From positions 1 through 64,000 of the forward strand of contig JAXLNO010002060.1 of the NCBI GenBank assembly GCA_038087875.1: a stretch of DNA of 64,000 nt, given 5' to 3'. This DNA comes from Malacoraja senta. Taxonomy: Eukaryota. Of this stretch, positions 56,521 through 64,000 are shown piece by piece (the stretch's first letter is position 1; each line of letters opens with the position of its first letter). Position numbers and translations under genes: made by a program. The notes under the pieces are model-generated. The model searched no databases. It saw only the letters and a program-made list of their open reading frames with translations, and was not told where the DNA came from.

Positions 56521-59500
56521 ATGAAGCTCTCAATCATTTCCACTTCGGACCATTGATTTGGATTGGGGCATGTACTCCCCCAGTGCCTTGCTGTTAATCA
56601 CATCATGAGGAAAGATTCATTTTTTATTTAAACATACCTTTCATAGATTTCAGTTCCACCACTGAGAATCTCAAATACTCCTTCCTTATATATTAGTTAT
56701 TTATTTACTTTTGATAAATGTTCTGTTGACAATGTTCCATCGTTGTTGGGTATGACCCCAGAAGATTTGGACTCAGAGACATGTTGACCATTCTGCAACC
56801 AGCTGACATTGATGGCCGGTGGGTAAAATCCAAACACAGTGCAGTACAGGACTGAATGATCATCAGGGCGGGCAGCGAGAGTGACCTCAGGGGAAACTAC
56901 AAGACAGTAAGATGGTTATTTTCATCTTCAGTAAAACTTGCACAGTCACCCACCACAAAATATTCTTCAGCCCACTACAACAACCAAGTTACTGTCCACA
57001 TCTGCCCCATTTTGCCTCTTTCGTCACCATCAACCAACCACGTGGTTTAAAAGGGATCGCACGCTCCCTGTTAAGACAGTACACAACAAAGTTTGGAAGT
57101 ACGTACCATTAAATTCAGGAACAGCTTCTTCCCCGCTGTTATTGGACTACTGAATGATTCTCATGTAAGATAAGATGTTGCCCTGATCTTCCAACCAATC
57201 TCATTGTGATCCTTGCAACTCTTTTTGATCTGCACTTTCTCTGTAACTGTAATGCTATGATATTGTAACCCGATATTCTGCACTCTGAGTAGTTTTTTCT
57301 TTGCACTGATCTACTTGTGGATGGCTTGATTGCACATGTGTAGTATGATCTGATTGGATAACACACAGACAAACTTTTGACTATATCTCAGTTCACGTGA
57401 CAATAATAAACTAATACCAACAGCAAATCTTTTCACTAGGGCACATTATTGACAATAATAAATAATTGACAAGTTACGAAATGAGGGTCAATTGGGGAGG
57501 GGACAAGCTTAAAATTGGCAGTATTTCCACTACTCTTCAATAAGAGATAAAAGAGACCAGTCATTTGTTTACAAAATCTCTTTTTGCAGAGTGTGGTCAT
57601 TCTCTGGCGCCAGAGATTTGTGAAGACAAAATCATTGGAAGCATTTAATATGGCGGTAGTTAAACTTTTGAAAGATTGGAGAATTGAGTGCAATGAGGAA
57701 CTGGCACCGAACAGGAGTTGATGCCTGAGGAACGTCAGCCATGGTCATATTGAATGGTGGGCAGGTTAGAGGACCAAATGGCTTACTTGATAACTGAGGA
57801 GAAAATCAGGCTTCTGAATGATCGTTCCAAAAGCTAGGGTACTGTCCAATTGACCACTACCCCATTACAGACAGTGGACTTTGTTTATGGAACTATGCAG
57901 GAAGGAACTGTAGATGCTGGTATAAACCGCAGATAGACACAAAATGCTAGAGTAACTCAACGGGTCAGGCAGCATCTCTGGAGAGAAGGAATGTGTCATG
58001 TTTTGTGTCGAAACACTTATCTAATGGAACTGGTGTGCTACATTGCTGAGAACTATATGCCACACTCTGTACCTTCCCCTTTGCTCCACCTTCAGTTCTT
58101 GAGTTGACGATCATATATATGTATGTTGTTATCTCATCCAATTGGATAGCATGCAACTACCTGGAAAGTTGCTGCCTTACAGTACCACAGACCAAAGTTC
58201 AATCCTGACAATGGGTGCTGTCTATATAGAGTTCATATATTCTCTCTGTGACCATGTGAGTTATCTCCGGGTGCTACAGTTCCGTCACATTCAAAGACGT
58301 GCAGGTTTGTAAGTTTTTGGGCTTCTGTAAATTGTCCCTAATGTGTAGGATAGAACTAATATTTGGGTGGTCGTTAGTCAGCACAGGTTCAGTGGGCCAA
58401 AAGGCCTATTTTCATGCTGTACCTAGAAACTAAACGTGACAATAATAATCCGAAACTTATCCCTGCGCCTATCTGTAGATTAGTGTCACTCATACTGTGG
58501 CTCCGCCCACAGGCTTATTAGACAGCTCTCTCTCTCTCTGGTAGACTGGTAGTAAGCATGCTGAGAAGAAAGCACCTTGTGTTTCCTCTGCAAAGTTACT
58601 AATAACCACTATGTGTGAGTTTGATCATTCTTCCAACACTATCTCTTGTGTTGTTACATATCTGGAACTAAGTGGTAGCTGCGCTTAACTTTGTTGTAGC
58701 ATAACTGTTTATGCTGAACAATTCATGAAAAAAGTCTAAAAAGGATAAAAAACAAGTGATTCCAGCATGTTGAAAGATAATTGGGACTGATACGTAATGG
58801 GTGGCACTGCGGCACAGTTCAGTGATGAGGGTTTGATCACAATCTTGAAACAGAAAAACTTAAACTGAGGCAGGCGCCTCAACTTCATCAATCCAGTGCT
58901 GTTATGACACTGGGCCTTAACATGAGAAAATTAGAAATTGGGTATTTCCTTAGGGCAAAATCAGACTTCTCAGAGACTTGAAAGCTGCAAGATAGTCCTG
59001 GAATGTGGTGGATCTCTGCGTGCTGTTCCAGAAGAGGACGTATTGTACTTATGTACAGTATGACTTGACTGGGGAGAATGCAGAACAGCCATTTCACTGC
59101 AGATAGACACAAAAAGCTGGAGTAACTCAGCGGGACAGGCAGCATCTCTGGAGAGAAGGGACGGGGTGTCCAGCATCTGCTGTTCCATCCAAACCATTTC
59201 ACTGCATCTCTGCATGCATGAAACTAAACAGAGTTATATAAAATGCTGCACATACTGCACTACTCAAGTAGGTCAGGCTGTCATGATTTTGCTGGTGGAT
59301 AACTTAACTGTAATTTAAAAACACACAAAAACGTGCAGGTGTAACTCAGTGGCTCAGGCAGCATCTGGAAGACATGGTTATGTAATCTTTCAGCTTGGGA
59401 TCCTGCTTCATACTTCTTGCATCTGTTCTTTCTGACTTCAACTTAACAGTTGAAATGACCAGTTCTTTTATCGACAGGGAATGCAACTTGTTGAATGTGG

Positions 59501-59914
59501 AATTGAGTTTGAAAGGCTGCAACATGTCCAGACAGAAGCTGAGTTGTTGGTCCTCAAGGTTACTTTCACCCTTGTTATCCTAGTGTAAGAGGTACAGATG
59601 GATGGATCATGGTGGGTGTTGAATGGAGAATTAGAGTGGCAGGAATTATGAATCTTAGAAAGTCCCATGGATTGAATGCAGGTTCTCCAGAAAGCAGCCA
59701 TTCTATTTGTTTCATTGATGCAATGTGGAAGATTACGTCATGAAAACCAAATGCAGTAGATTTGACTGGAAGTCCAAGTGTTTCACGCTGTTTCACTTTG
59801 AAGAACTGCCTGTGTCTATGGAAAGTGGTAAATGGATAGATGTTGCTTGCACCAAGACAGGAAAGTAGAGGAAAGTTGTGGGGATAGTATCCGCTTTTTC
59901 AGTTCTCTACATCA

Positions 59915-60385
59915 GTGAGACCAAGCACAGTCTCGGCGATCGTTTTGCTGAACACTTCCCCTCAGTCCGTCTTACCCTACCTGATGGCTCAGCACTTCAA
60001 CTCCCCCTCCCATTCCCAATCTGACCTTTCTGTCCTGGGCCTCCTCCATTGTCAGAGTGAGGCCCAGCCCAAATTGGAGGAACAGCACCTCATATTTCGC
60101 TTGGGTAGTCTATACTCCAGCGGTATGAACATTGACTTCTATAACTTTCGATAGCCCTTGATTTCTCTCTCCATCCCCTCCCCCTTCCCAATTCTGCCAC
60201 CAGTCTTACTGTCTCCGCCCACATTCTATCTTTGTCCCTCCCCTGACATCAGTCTGAAGAAGGGTCTCGACCCAAAACGATGCCCATTCCTTCTCTCCAG
60301 GGAAGCTGCCTGACCCGCTGAGTTACGCCAGCATTTTGTGTCTCTACGATTTTAACATCTGCAGCATCTGCAGTTCTTTCTTACA
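59915..60385 (+). mobile_element. Penelope-like element 3' fragment (GIY-YIG C-terminus plus terminal repeat)
   Basis: HFNSPSHSQSDLSVLGLLHCQSEAQPKLEEQHLIFRLGSL...GMNIDF, then CTGAAGAAGGGTCTCGACCC at 60254. Confidence 0.85.
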
Positions 60386-60505
60386 CATGGAGAATCAATG
60401 TGGAGAATGCTAACATGCAGGGACACTTTGAAGTTAAGCAAGAAGAAGATGTTGGATCACTTGAAGAGAAATGTGGATAAATCCCCAGGACAGAGGGGTG
60501 TAGTG

Positions 60506-60950
60506 GATGATAATAATAATCGTTGAAAACATTAGTGCCGTGCTGGTTTCCGACGGGCACGGTGACGGACGCACCACACATCTCTGTCCTCCATGCAACT
60601 GACAAGCTCCTCTTTTATCTCTACACATGCGTCTTCCATCAACGTCTTCTGCATCATCTTGATTGGCCGTCCTGGGTCAAGTCTTCCATGGGTGGGTTCC
60701 CACAGCACAACCTTGTTTGCTGGCATTTCTGGGTAACGGAGCCAGTGACCTGCGAGCCTCATCCTTCTCAACGTGATCTTCTCGGTCAGAGGTGGATTCT
60801 CCCCATAGAGCTGGGCGTTGGTGATGTGGTCCCTCCATCTGACATTTTGAACTTTTCCGAGCATTCGGGTGTAGGTACCATCGAGAGACTAGGACAGTGC
60901 AGGAGTGAGAGTCCATGCCTCACACCCGTACAATAATATGGTCTCTACAG
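60506..60950 (-). mobile_element. RTE-clade LINE 3' fragment
   Basis: WRDHITNAQLYG...RRMRLAGHWLRYPEMPANKVVLWEPTHGR...GRP...MEDRDVW, with an (ATT)n-like tail. Confidence 0.7.
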
Positions 60951-61122
60951 TTGTACGGAAGGCCAAATATTCAGGCTGTAGTTCAGTGACAAGTAGAGTT
61001 CTGCAGGGATCTGTGCTGTGACCCTTGCTACTTGTGACATATATAAATGACTTGGACCCTGGTGTTCAGAAATTACCCAGTCATAACAATTAATCAAATA
61101 ATGATTTTTATTTTTATTTCAG

Positions 61123-61396
61123 ATTATCACTACGTTCAAGGACAGTTTGGTTGTGAGGTGAACGATCACAGTCCCACTGTAGGGATATTGAAGTTGGCTT
61201 TTGATGGAAGATATGCATTTAGTTTTGATAAGGACAAACTAAAGTGGACGGTGCATGATCCAATAGCTGAGCTTCAAAGAGAAATGGGACAAGAATGAAA
61301 AAATGAAGCGTTATTTCAAGAGCTTGTTAGAACATGACTGTGTGGATCTATGGCTTACATACTATGCAATTGGAAAGACATTCCTGACCAGAAAAG
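61123..61396 (+). pseudogene. MHC class I(-like) alpha2 domain exon with one frameshift
   Basis: TTTCAG|...AAAAG|GTGAGT; DYHYVQGQFGCEV...AFDGRYAFSFDKDKLKWTV...AE/FKEKWD...LEHDCVDLWLTYYAIGKTFLTRK; 274 nt (not a multiple of 3), shift at ~61272. Confidence 0.85.
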
Positions 61397-62060
61397 GTGA
61401 GTTCAGAACAAAGGATGTTGTTTTGTGATGGTAGGCAATGAGTAATATTTCACTCTGAGGCAATGAGTCATATTATCTCTGACTCAATCATGACAGAGGG
61501 AAAGGTCATTCGGCCCATTGATTCTATGCTAGTTTTCTATGCAATGTCGACAAACTGTTCCACAGCTCTCTCTCACAACTTGCACTCAGCTCCCTCGGAT
61601 TCTCCTTGCATTCAGCTCCACGACGGATAATTTGCAATGTCCAACTAACTCACTGGCTCGTCTTTGGTATATTGGACAAAACTGGAGCACATGGAGGAAG
61701 CCAACTGAGTCATAAGGTCATAAGTGATGGGTGCAGCATTAGAACATTCGGCCCATCAAGTCGACTTCGCCAGTCAATCATGGCTGATCTATCTCTCCCT
61801 CCTAACCCCATTCTCCTGCCTTCTCCCCATAACCCCTGACGTGCATACTAATCAAGAATTAAAAGTATCCATTGACGGACTCCACAGCCTTCTGTGGCAA
61901 ATAATTCCACAGAATCACCACCCTCTGACAAAATAAATTCCTCATCTCTTTCCTAAAGGATTGTCCTTTAATATTGAGACTATGACCTCTCGTCGTAGAC
62001 TCTCCCACCATTGGAGACATCCTCTCCACATCCACATCTATCCAAGCCTTTCACTATTTT

Positions 62061-63438
62061 TTATTTTAAAAAAATATATTGTTATTAGAAGCATGTGCAT
62101 ATCATAATACAAACATTTCTTATATATCAATCCTACTTTGCTAATAGGTGGGAGTCCAGGTATCAAAATAATAGTGGTCCTCCTTTATCAATTGTATATT
62201 AAATCTGCTTCTATTTAGGTTTTTTTTTATAGATAGAAAGTGAGAAATTAAAAAAAAAGGCATGAAAAAGAAGAATGGAATAATTTACCAATAATACAAC
62301 TTTGGAGATAGGTCCGTAGGTTATAAAGCATAACTATTCATCTAATCCTGAGCTTGGATTTCAGTCAGATTCCTATGCTGAACCAATTTACCCTTTCAAA
62401 AAATCAATAAATGGAGACCATATTCTATTAAATAATTCATGTTTTTCAATTAAGACAAGTCTAGTTCTTTCCAAATGTAAGGTCTCCGATATTTCCATAA
62501 TCCACATTTTAATTGTGGGGGTTATAGGACCTTTCCAAAATTTTAATATTAATTTTTTCCCAATTATTATACTATAATCAAGAAAGTTTCTTTGGTTTAT
62601 TGTAAGTCTTAGGCTTTGTTCTGATATTCCTAATATTATTATGAGTCGGGATCCAATTGGGTATTGACTAATTCAGAAATTATTCTGAAAATGTCCGTCC
62701 AGAAATTTTTGATTTTTATACAATTTACAAAGGTATGAGTTAAGTTAGCCTCTAAATGCTGGCATTTATCACAAATAGGAGAGATATGTGGGAAGATTCT
62801 ATTTAATTTTGTTTTAGAATAATGTCATCTATGTAATACTTTAAATTGTATTAAGGCATGTCTGGCATTTAATGAGCATTGATGTATATATTGTAGACTT
62901 TCGTCCCAAATATCTTTCGTTATGGGTTGGCCTAATTCATTTTCCCATGTGTGTCTATATAAATCCGTCGGCGGGACCTCACTATCTAAGAGGGTATTAT
63001 AAATATGAGATATTAATTTTTCTGTATTAGGATGTTTATTCAAACATTCATCAAGGATTTCTGGTTCCCTAGTTCTGTAATCTTGTGTATTTGATTTAAT
63101 GTAATCTCTAATTTGTAAATATCTAAAAAAGTTATTTGAGTGTGGTCCGTAAATCTGTTGTAACCCCTGAAATTACAGAAAAGTGCCTTTCCTATAAAGA
63201 TGTCCCATCTTTTTAATTCCATAATTTTTCCATTGTGTAAAGCCTTTATCCAACATGGAAGGTTTGAATAAAGGGTTGTTTATAATGGGGAGACAGTGAC
63301 AATTATCCAATTTTAAAGTCTTTTTTAATTGTTTCCAAATTCGTATACCACTATATATTATAGGATTTTCACTATAGGTGTTTTAATGCAATTTTGTGGG
63401 AGCAAACATAATCGAACCAATTTCAAAAGGCAAACAGT
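62061..63438 (-). mobile_element. 5'-truncated, decayed L1 inserted in a CR1 3' fragment
   Basis: ORF2 C-terminal remnants (CSLNARHALIQFKVLHR); A-rich tail; 13-bp TSD CTTTCACTATTTT at 62048-62060 and 63439-63451. Confidence 0.88.
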
Positions 63439-63690
63439 CTTTCACTATTTTGTATGATTCAATGAGGTCCCCCCTTATTCTTCTAAACCCCAGCAAGTAC
63501 AGGCCCACTGCCATCAAATGGTCATCATATGTTAACCCATTCAATCCTGGGATCATTCTTGTACACCTCCTCTGGACCCTCTCCAGAGCCAGCACATCCT
63601 TCCTCAGATATGGTGCCCAAAATTGCTCACAATGCTCCAAATGTGGCTTGACCGGCGCCTTATAGAACCTCAGCATTACATCCCTGTTTG
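63439..63690 (-). mobile_element. CR1 ORF2 C-terminal fragment (continues at ~61750-62060)
   Basis: FYKAPVKPHLEHCEQFWAPYLRKDVLALERVQRRCTRMIPG. Confidence 0.85.
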
Positions 63691-64000
63691 ACAGGGAGAA
63701 AGTGTAATTGATGTCTTTCATATTAGTTAACCATGGATTTTCTTGACCACAGTTGACAGCCCCTAATGGGATTGCATGTCTATCACACGTCTCTATAGAG
63801 CACAGCGTTAAGCTTCGAAGGGCAAAATTTACACGAGATGTGCAGGTCAAGTGTTTTTTTGCACAGAGAGAGCTTGATACCTAGAATGCGCTACCAGGAG
63901 TGGTGGTAGAGGAGGACATGATAATGGTGCTTAAGAAAGTTTTGGACAGGCTCGTGGGTATGCAGGGAATACAAGGATATGGAACACATGCAGGCAGTGG

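Overview
Repeat-rich vertebrate genomic DNA with five N-gaps. It is very probably from a cartilaginous fish (skate or ray), inferred from the V-SINE/CR1/Penelope repeat complement and the GPCR type. The left 17.5 kb holds a two-exon class A GPCR gene (GPR139/142-like) on the minus strand. Each of its two coding exons is split by a different full-length LINE-1 (L1-A 1911-8504, L1-B 11184-17484) with a perfect 15-16 bp target-site duplication (TSD); removing both restores an uninterrupted 327-aa ORF. These L1s have long (0.8-1.2 kb) inter-ORF spacers. The spacers contain covarying RNA hairpins and a small 83-85 aa ORF whose stop overlaps the ORF2 start (AUG-CA-UGA), which is the most novel-looking signal here. 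The 18-26 kb region is a cluster of unrelated minisatellites around a CpG/ETS-rich promoter-like patch. Further right lie a Rex/Babar LINE, an ERV env+LTR remnant, a structurally complete but decayed DIRS element, a hAT-like MITE, a third decayed L1 with a nested GC-rich retroposon, Penelope remnants with minimal hammerhead motifs, an orphan transmembrane exon and a frameshifted MHC class I alpha2 exon.
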